Below the pieces are notes generated by a model. The model was given only the letters and a program-made list of their open reading frames with translations, did not search any database and was not told the origin of the DNA. A DNA stretch of 64,000 nt from Nannocystis pusilla (lineage in GTDB: Bacteria; Myxococcota_A; Polyangia; Nannocystales; Nannocystaceae): assembly GCF_026626665.1 (NCBI RefSeq), contig NZ_JAPNKE010000002.1, positions 1,421,204-1,485,203 on the forward strand, in the 5' to 3' direction. A program made the translations under genes and the position numbers. This document shows, piece after piece, positions 18,341 to 30,506 of this stretch (positions within the stretch are counted from its first letter, which is position 1; each line of letters starts with the position of its first letter).

Positions 18341-20291
18341 ATGTCGCTCGTCCAGCTCAGGGCCAGCAAGACGGCGCCGCCGCGGGACCTGCGGGCGTTC
18401 CTGCCGATGACCCGCGAGGAGATGGAGGCGCGCGGGTGGGACGAGCTCGACGTGCTCCTCATCAACGGCGACGCGTACGTCGACCACCCGGCGTTCGGCG
18501 GGGCGCTGATCGGCCGGTTCCTCGAGGGCCGCGGGCTGCGGGTCGGGATGATCGCGCAGCCGCGCTGGGATGACCCGAAGGACATCTCGCGGCTGGGTCG
18601 GCCGCGGCTGTTCGTCGGCATCACCGCCGGCAACCTCGACTCGATGCTCAACAAGCTGACGGCGCAGAAGAAGATCCGCGGCGAGGATCAATACTCGCCC
18701 GACGGCGCGCTCGAGCAGCGGCCGAACCGCGCCAGCATCGTCTACTCGAACCTGGCCCGGCAGGCGTTCCCGGGGCTGCCGGTGGTGCTCGGCGGCATCG
18801 AGGCGAGCCTGCGGCGGATCGCCCACTACGACTACTGGAGCGACCAGGTGCGCCGCAGCGTGCTGGTCGACAGCAAGGCGGACCTGCTGATCTTCGGCAT
18901 GGGCGAGCGGCCGGTGTGGGAGGTCGCGCGGCGGCTCAAGGCCGGCGAAGACATCAGCACGATCCGCGACGTCCGCGGCACCGCGGTGATGCTGCCCAAG
19001 GGCCAGTGGGAGCACCTGCCGAAGAGCCGCTACGTGCGCGACGGGCTGCCGCTGCACCTGCCCAGCTACGAGGAGGCGAGCGCCGACAAGGACGCGTTCC
19101 TCGAGATGTCGCGGGCGTTCCAGCACGAGACGAACCCGGGCAACGGGCGGCCGCTGGTCCAGCCGCACGGCGACCGGGCGCTCTACTGCAACCCGCCGGC
19201 GCACCCGCTCGACATGCGCGACATGGACGCGCTGTACGACCTGCCGTTCGTGCGCCGGCCGCACTGGACGTACGCGGGCAGCAAGATCCCGGCGTTCGAG
19301 ACGGTCAAGCACTCGATCGTGACGATGCGCGGCTGCTTCGGCGGCTGCACGTTCTGCTCGATCACCGAGCACGAGGGCCGCATCATCCAGTCGCGCTCGG
19401 CCGAGAGCGTGCTGCGGGAGATCCGGGCGCTGCGCCGCATGGACGACTTCCGCGGCGTGATCTCGGACGTCGGCGGGCCGACGGCCAACATGTACCGCAT
19501 GCGCTGCAAGAGCGAGCAGATCGAGAGCGCGTGCCGCAAGCTGTCGTGCGTCCACCCGGGCGTGTGCGAGAACCTCGACACCGACCACGGGCCGCTCGTC
19601 GACCTGCTGAAGAAGGTGCGCAAGGCCGAGGGCGTGCGGCGCGTGTTCATCGCTTCGGGCGTCCGCTACGACCTGGCAGAACGATCTCCGGCGTTCATCC
19701 GCGAGCTGGCGACGCATCACACCGGCGGACAATTGTCCGTGGCGCCCGAGCACGTGAAGGACGACGTGCTCGCCAAGATGAAGAAGCCCGGGGTCGCCAG
19801 CTACGAGCGCTTCGCCGAGCAGTTCACGTGCGCGAGCGAGGCCGCGGGCAAAGATCAGCATCTGGTGCCCTACTTCATTTCGGGGCACCCGGGCAGCACG
19901 CTGGACGACATGGTCGATCTCGCGCTGTGGCTGAAGGCGCGAGGCGTGCGGCCCAGGCAGGTGCAGGACTTCATCCCCACGCCGATGAGCATGGCGACCT
20001 GCATGTACTACACGGGTCGCGATCCGTTCACGCGCGAGCCGGTCTACACGGCGAAGGAGCTGCGCGAGAAGAAGCTGCAGAAGTCGCTCCTTCTTTACTG
20101 GGATCCGGCGCAGCACCACCTCGCTCGCGAGGCGCTGCGCCGAGCCGGGCGCGCTGCGCTGATCGGTCACGGGCCGTCGTGTCTGGTGCCGCCGGGGGAG
20201 GAGGAGCGACGCGCACACCTGGAGCGTCGCCTGTCCCGGGCGCCAGGCGGGCACGGCGCGGGCTCGGGGCCGCCGGACCGTGAACCGGTAG
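18341..20291 (+). CDS. ygiQ: YgiQ family (UPF0313) radical SAM protein; C-terminus/stop uncertain
   Basis: CFGGCTFCS radical-SAM cysteine triad plus conserved N-terminal YgiQ domain. There is no in-frame stop before the next gene. A TAG at 20289-20291 lies in another frame after an Arg-rich tail, so the end coordinate is approximate. Confidence 0.65.
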
Positions 20292-20434
20292 CGCCGCCGA
20301 GCTCCGGCAGCCGCGCCGATGGTCGCGCTCGCGTCGCCGGTGCAGGTTCGCCCTGCCACCATGCTAGCGCACGAGCTCGGGCGCGGACGGTAGTTCCGCG
20401 TCACAGCCATCTATGGATAAGATGCCCCAGCTTT

Positions 20435-21207
20435 ATGACGATGATGCGGAGCGCGACGCGAGTGTTGGCGGCTGTCACTGTGATGTCGAGCCTGGCGGGC
20501 TGTGAGGCGCTGCTCGAGCCGAAGACGAAGCTCTCGCTGGCCATCTCGCACCACGGTACGCGCGACGAGAAGGGGGTCCTGCCGAACCTCGGCGAGGCCG
20601 ACGCCGCCCGCGTGTTCGTCAACGACAAGGGCTGGCAGATCAACCTGGCCGAGGGCGTGATCGTGATGACCGCGGCGCAGGTCGAGTCGTGCGCCGGCGA
20701 GAGCTTCGACTTCGAGCTGCCGTACGGCCCGTTCCCCGAGTACCAGCGGCGCAGGATCAGGACCTCGTCGACTTCGCTTCGGTCGAGCTGCCCGAAGGGA
20801 CATATTGCAAGCTGCGCGTCGAGTACGGCCGCTACCAGTCGTCGCTGGCCGAGCAGGCGTTCGACACGCCGTACCAGCTCCACGGCCACGCGTCGGTCGA
20901 GGGGCTGACGGTCTACCTCGCTGGCACGGCGGTCGACCCGTCCGGCGCCCACGAGGGCGCCAACTGGAAGTTCCAGACCAATCAGACCACCATCGTCGAG
21001 CTCGACCTCAGCGCGGCCGATGACGGACGCCCGCTCACGATCACCGGCAAGGAGCCGGGCGGCAAGGCGCTGACGGTCGCCAAGACCTACGACGCGTTCT
21101 TCCGCGGCATCGACTTCTCGAACTACGACCCCGAGGCGATCAACGACCGCCTGCTCGAGGTCCTCAGCGCCGAGACGTACGTGCGGGTCGGCGCCCAGAT
21201 CTTCTGA
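20435..21207 (+). CDS. Lipoprotein of unknown function, apparent 1-nt frameshift near 20750-20760
   Basis: MTMMRSATRVLAAVTVMSSLAGC is a signal peptide plus lipobox. The N-terminus is in the same frame as ygiQ; the C-terminus is in the frame of ORF 20689-21207. Confidence 0.45.
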
Positions 21208-22081
21208 ACCCGGCCAGCGCCGTCAACACGATCAGCCCGAGCGAGCCGCCCGCGTCGCCCCCGGCAGCACAGCCGCAGCCGTCGTCGCGGTTCGGCTCGG
21301 TCACCAGGCAGTCGCACGCCTCGCACGCGTCGGTGCGCAGGTCGACACCTGTCTCTTGGTTCAGCCAGCACAGGGCGGCGTAGGGGATGGCGTAGAAGCC
21401 GCCCTTGCCGCACGTGTAGCCGCGCGAGGTGACGCCGGCGAGCACGACCTCGCCAGAGGAGAGGGTGACGAACGCAGGGCCGCCGGAGTCGCCCTGGCAC
21501 GAGTCGTGGCCCTCGCCGCCGGCCTGGAACTCGAGGCCGCTCGGGCTGAAGCGGACGATCTCGACGTCGACCTGGCGCTTGAAGCCGTTGAGGCTCTTCT
21601 CGTCGTCGCCGAAGCCGACCACGGTGATCGGGGCGCCGATGTACATGGCGGCGTCCCACTCGGCCTGGTCGCTGAGCGGCCGCGTCGGCTCGACGCCGAC
21701 GAGCGGCTCCTCGAGCATGACGTAGCCGTAGTCCCAGATGTCGACCTTGCACACCTCGGTGTCGGTGCCGCAAAAGTCGGGGTGCGAGCCGTGCGAGGCG
21801 ACGGAGGCGATGGTCCTGAACTCGGTCCACACGTCGTCGCCGACGACGACGTGCATGAGCGCGGGCGAGGGGTTGTTGTCGAGGCAGTGCGCGGCGGTCA
21901 GCACGACCTTCGGACTGACGAGCGTGCCGGTGCACATCGTGTCGCCGATGAGGATCGCCACGGCGGTCGGCCACGCGCCCGGCTCGACCAACTCGCCGCC
22001 GTAGATCGGCGCGGGCGCGGGCGCGGGCGCGGTCCACGGGAGCGGCGAGGCGAGGAGGGCGACGAGGCCGAGCTGCAACAT
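21164..22081 (-). CDS. Trypsin-like (S1) serine protease with MYXO-CTERM sorting tail
   Basis: TAAHC and GDSGGP catalytic motifs, with a signal peptide (MLQLGLVALLASPL). The C-terminus is GCGCAAGG followed by a hydrophobic helix and RRSGRR. Confidence 0.7.
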   Translation of the reverse strand: MLQLGLVALLASPLPWTAPAPAPAPIYGGELVEPGAWPTAVAILIGDTMCTGTLVSPKVVLTAAHCLDNNPSPALMHVVVGDDVWTEFRTIASVASHGSHPDFCGTDTEVCKVDIWDYGYVMLEEPLVGVEPTRPLSDQAEWDAAMYIGAPITVVGFGDDEKSLNGFKRQVDVEIVRFSPSGLEFQAGGEGHDSCQGDSGGPAFVTLSSGEVVLAGVTSRGYTCGKGGFYAIPYAALCWLNQETGVDLRTDACEACDCLVTEPNRDDGCGCAAGGDAGGSLGLIVLTALAGFRRSGRRPARTSRR

Positions 22082-22238
22082 GCGACTAGAATAACCCCGA
22101 TCGCCGGCGATCCACGGCGATCCGACCCGCGTCCCGCGCACACGGGGCGCGGATCGAAATGCCCGAGGGCGCGCCCGCGGACCCGGGACAGCGCCCCTGG
22201 TTGGTACCGATCGCACGGGGTCCGACCCGGGGAGGCGC

Positions 22239-23513
22239 GTGCCGACGAATACCTTCGCCTATCCTAACCTGGTCTCGGAGCCAGGTCCGCTCCCGCTCCG
22301 CTCGCAGCTCGACCACGACTTCACCGACGCGCTGGCCCACATCGCCCGGATCCGCACGCGCCGGCGCCTGGAGCGAGACCCGGTGTTCCGCACGATCCGT
22401 CCGCAGCTGGAGCGGGTCCTCCGCGGCTTCGAATGGGACCTCGAGCCGACGCTCGGCCACTCGCTGGCGCCGCGACGCCCGGGGATCGTCCGCGCGGTCG
22501 CCTGGAACGTAGAGCGCGGCAAGCGCTTCGAGGGCCTCCACACGCTGCTGACGTCGGACCCCGAGCTGTCGGCGGCCGACCTGCTGCTGCTGACCGAGGT
22601 CGACATCGGCATGGGCCGCTCGGGCAACCGCAACGTGCCGAAGGAGCTCGCCCACGCGCTCGGCATGGGCTACGTGTTCGCCAACTACCACCTCGTGCTG
22701 GCCGAGGGCGACCGCGGCGAGCGCGGCCACGGCGTGCCCAACACCAAGGCGATGCACGGCTGCGCCCTGCTGACCCGCTTCCCGGTGCTCCGCTTCGAGG
22801 CGGTCGAGCTGCAGGAGCGGCGCGACAAGTTCCACGCGACCGAGAAGCGGATCGGCAACAAGCGCGCGCTGCTGTGCGAGCTGCTGCTGCCCGACGGGCC
22901 GCTGACGGTCGCGCTGGTCCACCTCGACCCGTTCGCCGGGCCCCGCGACCGCGCCCGCGACATCCGCGAGATCGTGACCCGCCTGCGCGAGTTCGGCGGC
23001 GAACGCATGCTCCTCGGCGGCGACCTCAACACCAACACGTACGACCTCAGCAGCGGCCGCGGCCTGGCCTACAACTTCTTCTACAAGCTGACGCGCTTCG
23101 GCATCGAGGGCATGGCGGCCCAGTACATGAAGCCGGAGGAGCACTTCGAGCGGGCGGTGTTCGCGGCGATGCGCGACGGCGGGTTCGAGATCGACGGCTT
23201 CAACGACTTCACCCGCGGGACCATCTACTACGACATCTACGACCCCGAGATCTTCCGCAAGGCGCTCGACTACATGCCCAAGGCGATGCGCCGGGTGATG
23301 TGGACGTACCTCGAGCGCCGGCTGGCGCCGTGGGGCGGGCGCGTGCCGCTGCGCGTCGACTGGTTCGCCGGCAAGGGCCTGCGCCCGCGCGAGCCGCAGG
23401 TGATCGAGCGCCCGGTCGCCGAGGGCAAGCTGGTGTCCGACCACAACCCGATCCTCGTCGACCTCGAGCTCGGGACCGAGGCGCCGGACCCGGGCGAAGA
23501 GACCGACGAGTGA
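22239..23513 (+). CDS. Endonuclease/exonuclease/phosphatase (EEP) family protein
   Basis: GTG start. Segments VAWNVERG...LLLLTEVD...LVHLDPF...SDHNPILVDL are typical EEP catalytic motifs. Confidence 0.6.
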   Translation: MPTNTFAYPNLVSEPGPLPLRSQLDHDFTDALAHIARIRTRRRLERDPVFRTIRPQLERVLRGFEWDLEPTLGHSLAPRRPGIVRAVAWNVERGKRFEGLHTLLTSDPELSAADLLLLTEVDIGMGRSGNRNVPKELAHALGMGYVFANYHLVLAEGDRGERGHGVPNTKAMHGCALLTRFPVLRFEAVELQERRDKFHATEKRIGNKRALLCELLLPDGPLTVALVHLDPFAGPRDRARDIREIVTRLREFGGERMLLGGDLNTNTYDLSSGRGLAYNFFYKLTRFGIEGMAAQYMKPEEHFERAVFAAMRDGGFEIDGFNDFTRGTIYYDIYDPEIFRKALDYMPKAMRRVMWTYLERRLAPWGGRVPLRVDWFAGKGLRPREPQVIERPVAEGKLVSDHNPILVDLELGTEAPDPGEETDE

Positions 23514-23518
23514 GTTCG

Positions 23519-23588
23519 CGGGCATGCCCGATCGGGCATGTCTGCCAGGGCATGGCTGATGGGGCATGTGCTTCGAGACATGCCCTGA
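23519..23588. repeat. Cluster of GGGCATGCCC / GGGCATGTCT / GAGACATGCCC units (GGACATGTCC-core family)
   Basis: Intergenic, between the convergent EEP and amidohydrolase genes. Confidence 0.6.
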
Positions 23589-23591
23589 GGT

Positions 23592-24619
23592 TCATGGTGG
23601 GCGGTAGGCGCCGAGCCAGGCGCGGGCGTTGCCGCCGAGCAAGCGGGAGACGGCGGGCTCGGGGAGCGCGAGGCCGAAATAGACGCCGGGGGTGAGCGCG
23701 CCGATCCGGGCGGCGTGGCGCCAGAACTCGAACCGCTCGCGCTCGAGCAGGCCGAGGTTGGCGGCGAGCTGCAGGTCCCAGGCGCGCGCGGCGTCGAGGT
23801 CGCCGGGGGCCCCGCGCGCGGTGACGAGGTCGGAGCCGAACAGGAACCGCTCGGGCTGGATCTCGATGAGGGCGCGCAGCCGGTCCCGATCCTCCTCGAT
23901 GGCGGTGAAGCCGTCGACGCCGGGCAGGCCGGCGCCGTGGCTGGTGTCGACGCGCAGCCGCGGGAACTCGCGCAGCAGGCCGGCGAGGCGATCGAGGTCG
24001 GTGCGACTGCCGCACAGGTGGGCGCAGACCAGCTCGAGGCGCGGGTGGGCCCGCAGCACGCGGGCGAGCTCGTCGCGGTAGCGCACGGTGTTGACGTGGA
24101 CGAGCACGGGCACCGAGCGCTGCTCGAGCCACTCGAACAGGGAGGCGTGGGCCGGATCGTCGAGCGGGCGGGCGTGCAGCTTCTGGTGGCCGAAGTACAG
24201 CTTGACGCCGCGAGCCCCCGCTGAAACCACCGCTCGAGCGCGGGGATGTCGACCTCGGCCGGCTCGACGGCGATGAACGGGAACAGGCGCGCGCGGTGGG
24301 CCGCGGTGGCGGCGAGCAGGGCGTCGTTGGCCTCGCGCCAGCCGTGCATGCGCGCATCGGGGCCGGGAGCGAGGCCGAGCGCGGGATCGAGGTGCGGCGA
24401 GGCGATCACGACGGCGGCGGCGATGGCGTTGCGATCGAGCGCGGCGAGCAGGTCGTCGACCGCGCCGCCGACGAGGTGGACGTGGACGTCGACGCGGTCG
24501 CGCGCGGCAGGTTCGTCGTCGATGCCGGTGGTGCCGGTCGGCGTCGGGACGCCGCAGGCGAGCGCCAGGCCGGCGAGCAGGAGGGCCGCGAGGCGCCCCG
24601 CAGAGGCTTCAGCACTCAC
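23592..24619 (-). CDS. Secreted TIM-barrel amidohydrolase (amidohydrolase_2-like), apparent 1-nt frameshift near 24205-24215
   Basis: N-terminal signal peptide and VDVHVHL metal-binding motif in the frame of ORF 23270-24619. The C-terminal 2/3 (GVKLYFGHQ...) are in the frame of ORF 23592-24230. The switch is at a GGGGG run. Confidence 0.5.
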
Positions 24620-25190
24620 ACTCGTCCTCGCCTTCGTAGTTGCGGATCTCGACGCTCAGGCGATACGGGTACTCGGCGGTCGCGGTGTCGCTGTGGACGC
24701 GGACCAGGAGGGTGCCGGCATAGTCGTCGCCGTATCCACCGAGCGCGAGCACGCCGCCGTCGGCCGTCTGCGCGGTCAACGGCTCGTGCGTGTCGGCGCG
24801 GTAGACCTCGATGGTCATGGCGTGCTCGGGACCGGGCGCGAGCACCGGCTCCCCGCACGCGGCTCCGCACAGGCCGGCGTCATCCACCAGACCGCGCACG
24901 TAGAGGTAGTGGACGGCATAACCGAGGTCAGCGACGTCGAAGCGGTACCAGTCATCCTCGCCAGGGCAGAGGTAAGCGTCGGTGACCTCGTGGTAGGCGG
25001 ACCACTCGCTGACGCCGCTCCAGGCGACGTCGGTCGGATCGTCGGGCTCGTCGTTGGGCTCCCAGGCGTCGTTGAGCGGGCAGGCGGCGGCGCCGGTGGT
25101 CGAGGCGGCGGTGGAGGTGCCGGGGTCGTCGCCGTCCCGCGACGCGAGGTCGCAGGCGGCGAGCGCGGAGAGGATGGCGACATGTCGCAA
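24609..25190 (-). CDS. Lipoprotein with C-terminal PPC (pre-peptidase C-terminal)-like domain
   Basis: TTG at 25190 gives MRHVAILSALAAC (lipobox). Alternative ATGs lie upstream at 25238/25256. The C-terminus EPNDEP...DDWYRF...LYV...TLLVRV is a PPC pattern. Confidence 0.45.
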   Translation of the reverse strand: MRHVAILSALAACDLASRDGDDPGTSTAASTTGAAACPLNDAWEPNDEPDDPTDVAWSGVSEWSAYHEVTDAYLCPGEDDWYRFDVADLGYAVHYLYVRGLVDDAGLCGAACGEPVLAPGPEHAMTIEVYRADTHEPLTAQTADGGVLALGGYGDDYAGTLLVRVHSDTATAEYPYRLSVEIRNYEGEDECEC

Positions 25191-25389
25191 GAGACAGGTC
25201 GAGCGCGCGGCGGCCGAGGTCGGGACTGGCGTCGTCATCGGTGATCCGGAGGTCACGCAAACGTGGGCCCGCGATCGCGGCCGGCAATCGAGTCGGGTCG
25301 CGCAGACCGAGGCGAGGGGACAGTCGCAGATCCGGCGACGAAGGGACCGAGCGAGCCGCGAACACCGGCGCAGGCGCCGCCCCGCGGGG

Positions 25390-25750
25390 CGCGGAGACGG
25401 GATGTCCCAAAGGCCAGGCAGAGAGCCGGCGCGCCGCGCTTCCCGGATGTCCGAAGGGGCAGGCGATCCACGCGGACGACGAGGGGCGGATCTGCGAGAT
25501 CGAGATGTCCGGAGAGACAGGCGGCCGCGGCCGGAGCGCGCGCGAGGATGTCCGGAGAGACAGGGGGCCGCGGACGGAGCGCGCGCGGGATGTTCGGAGA
25601 GACAGGCGGCCGCGGCCGGAGTGCGCGCGAGATGTCCGGAGAGACAGGCGGACGCGGCCGGAGCGCGCGAGATGTCCGGAGAGACAGGCGGCCGCGGCCG
25701 GAGCGCGCGCGGGATGTCCGGAGAGACAGGCCGGTGGGGGTGACTGCGAG
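25390..25750. repeat. Tandem array of ~8 units of ~43 nt (GATGTCCGGAGAGACAGGCGGCCGCGGCCGGAGCGCGCGCGAG)
   Basis: Direct periodicity read at 25502-25735, with degenerate copies from 25395. There are no unique spacers, so this is not a CRISPR array. The unit is related to the GGACATGTCC family. Confidence 0.8.
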
Positions 25751-25856
25751 GAAGGGCGCGAGGAGCGTCGGCCCGCGCCGTCTCGCTCGGAGCCAGGAAC
25801 GGCGCGAGGGGCGTCGGCCGAGCGAGGCCCCTCGCGGGCCGCGGCCGGGCCGTCGC

Positions 25857-27425
<1,569 letters not shown>

Positions 27426-27609
27426 CGTTCGACTCCTGCGCGAGAGGCCTTAGCAGCCGGCGTGCCAGGCGCCGTGGCGGGCCCGCCGCTCAGGCGTCAC
27501 GCGGGTGAACGGCGGACGACGCGTTCGCGACCCGAGCGGGCATGCCTCAAAGTGAGGCAGGTGGATCGTTACGATGCACCTGCAGCGAACGGCGCGGCGC
27601 GGGCCGAGG

Positions 27610-29160
27610 TCAGGCGCGGATTTTGAGGGTCTTGATCTTGCGCAGGAGGGTGGCGCGGCCGATGCCCATGGCCCGGGCGGCGCCGCTGCGGTTGCCGTCG
27701 TGGGCGGCCAGCACGGCCTCGATGTAGAGCTTCTCCATCTCGTTCCACGACAGCCGGGCGAGGTCCGCCCCGCCGCGACCGGCCTTGCGGCCCGCGGCCG
27801 GCAGCTCGCGCGGGTCGGCGGGCAACGGTAGATCGGCGACCTCGATGGCGTCGCCGACGCTGAGGACGACCGCGCCCTCGATGCAGTTCTCGAGCTCGCG
27901 GATGTTGCCGGGCCAGCTGTGCGCGTGCAGCCGCGCGAGCGCGGGCGGGGAGAAGCGCACGACGGGCTTGTTGTGGCGCTGGGCGAAGCCGGCCAGGAAG
28001 TGGTAGGCGAGCTGCTCGAGGTCCTCGGGGCCGCGCTCGCGCAGCGGCGGCATGGCCAGCGAGAGCACGCGCAGGCGGTAGTAGAGGTCCTCGCGGAAGC
28101 GCTGGCGGGCGACCATGTCCTCGAGGTTGCGGTTGGTGGCGGCGAGGATCCGGACGTCGACCTTGAGGGTCTTGCGCCCGCCGACCCGCTCGAACTCGCG
28201 GTCCTGCAGGACGCGCAGCAGCTTGCTCTGGAGCGTGAGCGGGACCTCGCCGAGCTCGTCGAGGAAGACGGTGCCGCCGTCGGCGGCCTCGAACTTGCCG
28301 ACGCTGCGCTGGTCGGCCCCGGTGTACGCGCCGCGCTCGTGGCCGAAGAGCTCGTTTTCGATCAAGGTGGCCGGCAGCGAGGCGCAGTCGACGGCGACGA
28401 ACGGCCGCCCGGCGCGCGGGCTGTTGTAGTGGATCGCCCGCGCGATCAGCCCCTTGCCGGTGCCGGTCTCGCCGGTGATGAGGACGGTCGCGTCGGTGCC
28501 GGCCGCCCGTGTCACGAGATCGTAGACGCGTCTCATCCGCGCGCCGCCGCCGACCACGCCGTTGAAGCGGTAGCGCAGCGGTCCGCCGGTGGGGGCCCGC
28601 AGCTGGCCGTAAAGACTGGTGCTCTCGACCAGCATGGCGACCTGGCTGGCGAGCGCGCGCAGCAAGGCCTCGTCGTCGTCGTCGAAGGCGGCGCCCTTCT
28701 TGTTGAGCAGCTGGAGGACGCCGAGGATCTCGCCGGCGCGATCGAGGACCGGGACGCACAGCATCGAGCGCGTGGCGTAGTTGGTGGCGCGATCGATGGC
28801 GCCGTAAAACCGCGGGTCGCCCTCGGTGTGCGAGAGGTTGATGGCCTCGCCGGTGCGCGCGACGTGGCCGGCGATGCCCTGGCCGACCTTGAGACGGATC
28901 TCGCGCAGCTCCGGCAAGTGCGCGGCCTTGCTGAACAGCTCGCCGCGGGCCCGGTCGACCAGGTAGAAGGTGCCGCGGTCGGCGTCCATGGCCTTCGTGA
29001 CGGTGTCGATGACCTGCGCCAGCAAGGCGTCGAGGTCGACCTCGCGGCGCACCAGCTCGCCGAGCGCGAACAGCACGCTGTCGCGATCGACCCGCGTGCG
29101 CCGCGGCGTCGCCTCCCCGATGCTCGGCTTCGCCGCTCTCTTGCGCGCTGCTGGCTCCAT
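27610..29160 (-). CDS. Sigma-54-dependent transcriptional activator with N-terminal GAF domain (Fis-type HTH)
   Basis: GAF segment, then AAA+ sigma-54 interaction domain (GETGTGKG, GAFTGA-like ESELFGHERGAYTGA), then a C-terminal HTH. Confidence 0.85.
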   Translation of the reverse strand: MEPAARKRAAKPSIGEATPRRTRVDRDSVLFALGELVRREVDLDALLAQVIDTVTKAMDADRGTFYLVDRARGELFSKAAHLPELREIRLKVGQGIAGHVARTGEAINLSHTEGDPRFYGAIDRATNYATRSMLCVPVLDRAGEILGVLQLLNKKGAAFDDDDEALLRALASQVAMLVESTSLYGQLRAPTGGPLRYRFNGVVGGGARMRRVYDLVTRAAGTDATVLITGETGTGKGLIARAIHYNSPRAGRPFVAVDCASLPATLIENELFGHERGAYTGADQRSVGKFEAADGGTVFLDELGEVPLTLQSKLLRVLQDREFERVGGRKTLKVDVRILAATNRNLEDMVARQRFREDLYYRLRVLSLAMPPLRERGPEDLEQLAYHFLAGFAQRHNKPVVRFSPPALARLHAHSWPGNIRELENCIEGAVVLSVGDAIEVADLPLPADPRELPAAGRKAGRGGADLARLSWNEMEKLYIEAVLAAHDGNRSGAARAMGIGRATLLRKIKTLKIRA

Positions 29161-29281
29161 TCGGCCAGTGTATCAGAATGAGACGGTGGCTCAAACCGAG
29201 GCGTGCGTTCCCGCGCTGCGGTGAAGACAGCGCTGGAGCCGCGCGCGGCGGCCACGGAGCAGCTCGGCGCGGATGCAGGCG

Positions 29282-29313
29282 TTGACGCCCGAGCGGGCCG
29301 TTCGCGATAAAAT
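29282..29313 (+). promoter_or_regulatory. Candidate sigma-70-type promoter (TTGACG-N18-GATAAA/TAAAAT) only a few nt upstream of the lipoprotein ATG, implying a leaderless transcript
   Basis: AT-rich CGATAAAATCGCC stands out in 70% GC DNA. The ATG is at 29318. Pattern match only. Confidence 0.25.
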
Positions 29314-29317
29314 CGCC

Positions 29318-30216
29318 ATGAAGAAGTTGGGACGCGCGAAGGTGCTGGGAAGGACTGCGCTCGTCGGCGCGCTGCTGATCGCAGGCTGCGGCGACGACGG
29401 GATGGGGAAAGAGACCGAGACCGCTCCGACCACGGAGCCGACCACCAGCACCGGGACCGCCACCGGGACCGACAGCGAGACGAGCACCGGGACCACTCCG
29501 GGACCGACAGCGAGGCGAGCACCGGTACGCCGACCACGACCGAGGGCGGCGAGAGCATGTGCAACCCGAAGATCCAGGACTGTCCCGAAGGCCAGAAGTG
29601 CGTGGCCTACGACTCGATGGGGACGAACTACTGGGACGCCAACAAGTGCGTCGACGAGCCGATGAACGCCGGCGCCGCCGGGGACCCGTGCAACATCAAC
29701 ATGGGCGAGTCGGTGTTCTCGGGGCTCGACAACTGCTCGAAGGGGACGATCTGCCTGAACTTCGACTTCGCCACCGGGCAGGGCGGGACCTGCACGGCGT
29801 ACTGCGGCGAAGGCAACACGTGCGGGGAGGGCGAGCTCTGCCTCGAGTCGGCGAACGAGGGCGTGCTGCCGGTGTGCCTGCAGTCGTGCGACCCACTGCT
29901 GCAAGACTGCGAGGACATGCAGGGCTGCTACGGCGACCCGTCGTTCGGCGGCTTCATCTGCTTCACGCCGGACCCGGGGGCGAACGTCGGCGACGACAAC
30001 TCGCCGTGCGAGTACACCAACGCGTGCCTGGCCGGCTTCAGCTGCCAGGCCGCCGAGACGGTCGAAGGCTGCATGGGCGCGATGGGCTGCTGCACGCCCT
30101 ACTGCTCGGTGTCCGGCGGCGACGCCGACTGCGCCCCGTCGGAAGACTGCGTGCCGTTCTTCGCCGACCCACCGCCGGGTACCGCGGACGTCGGGGTGTG
30201 CGTGATCCCGGCGTGA
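29318..30216 (+). CDS. Cysteine-rich secreted lipoprotein with TGTDSETSTG linker repeats, apparent 1-nt frameshift near 29505-29515
   Basis: MKKLGRAKVLGRTALVGALLIAGC lipoprotein signal. A duplicated GGGACCGACAGCGAG(A/G)CGAGCACCGG repeat is present, with the second copy out of frame. The remaining 220 aa are Cys-rich, in the frame of ORF 29557-30216. Confidence 0.5.
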
Positions 30217-30506
30217 GCGCGCGGTGAGGGCGGCGACGCGGCGTCCTCGAAGGTGCACCTCGCGGGGCTCCGCGTCGACGGACTGCCTCGCGAGCCTGCG
30301 CGCATTCGCGGGATGACTCGAGCGGCGCGGAGACCTCGTGGGGTCGAGGCCGAGCGCTCGCTTGCGGTGACGAGACGGCTCGAGTTTTTTGCGAGGTGGG
30401 CGAGCCGCTCTCGAGCTCGAGGCGAGAAGGTCGAGCGACCCACGCAAAGAGCCGCGACGAAGATCGTCGCGGCTCTCGGAGCGCGCGTCGTGACGCGGTG
30501 ACGATC

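Noticed and set aside
25390-25750. Possible CRISPR array
   Set aside because: The units abut each other with no unique spacers, and the unit sequence varies slightly. It is a tandem repeat, not a repeat-spacer array.
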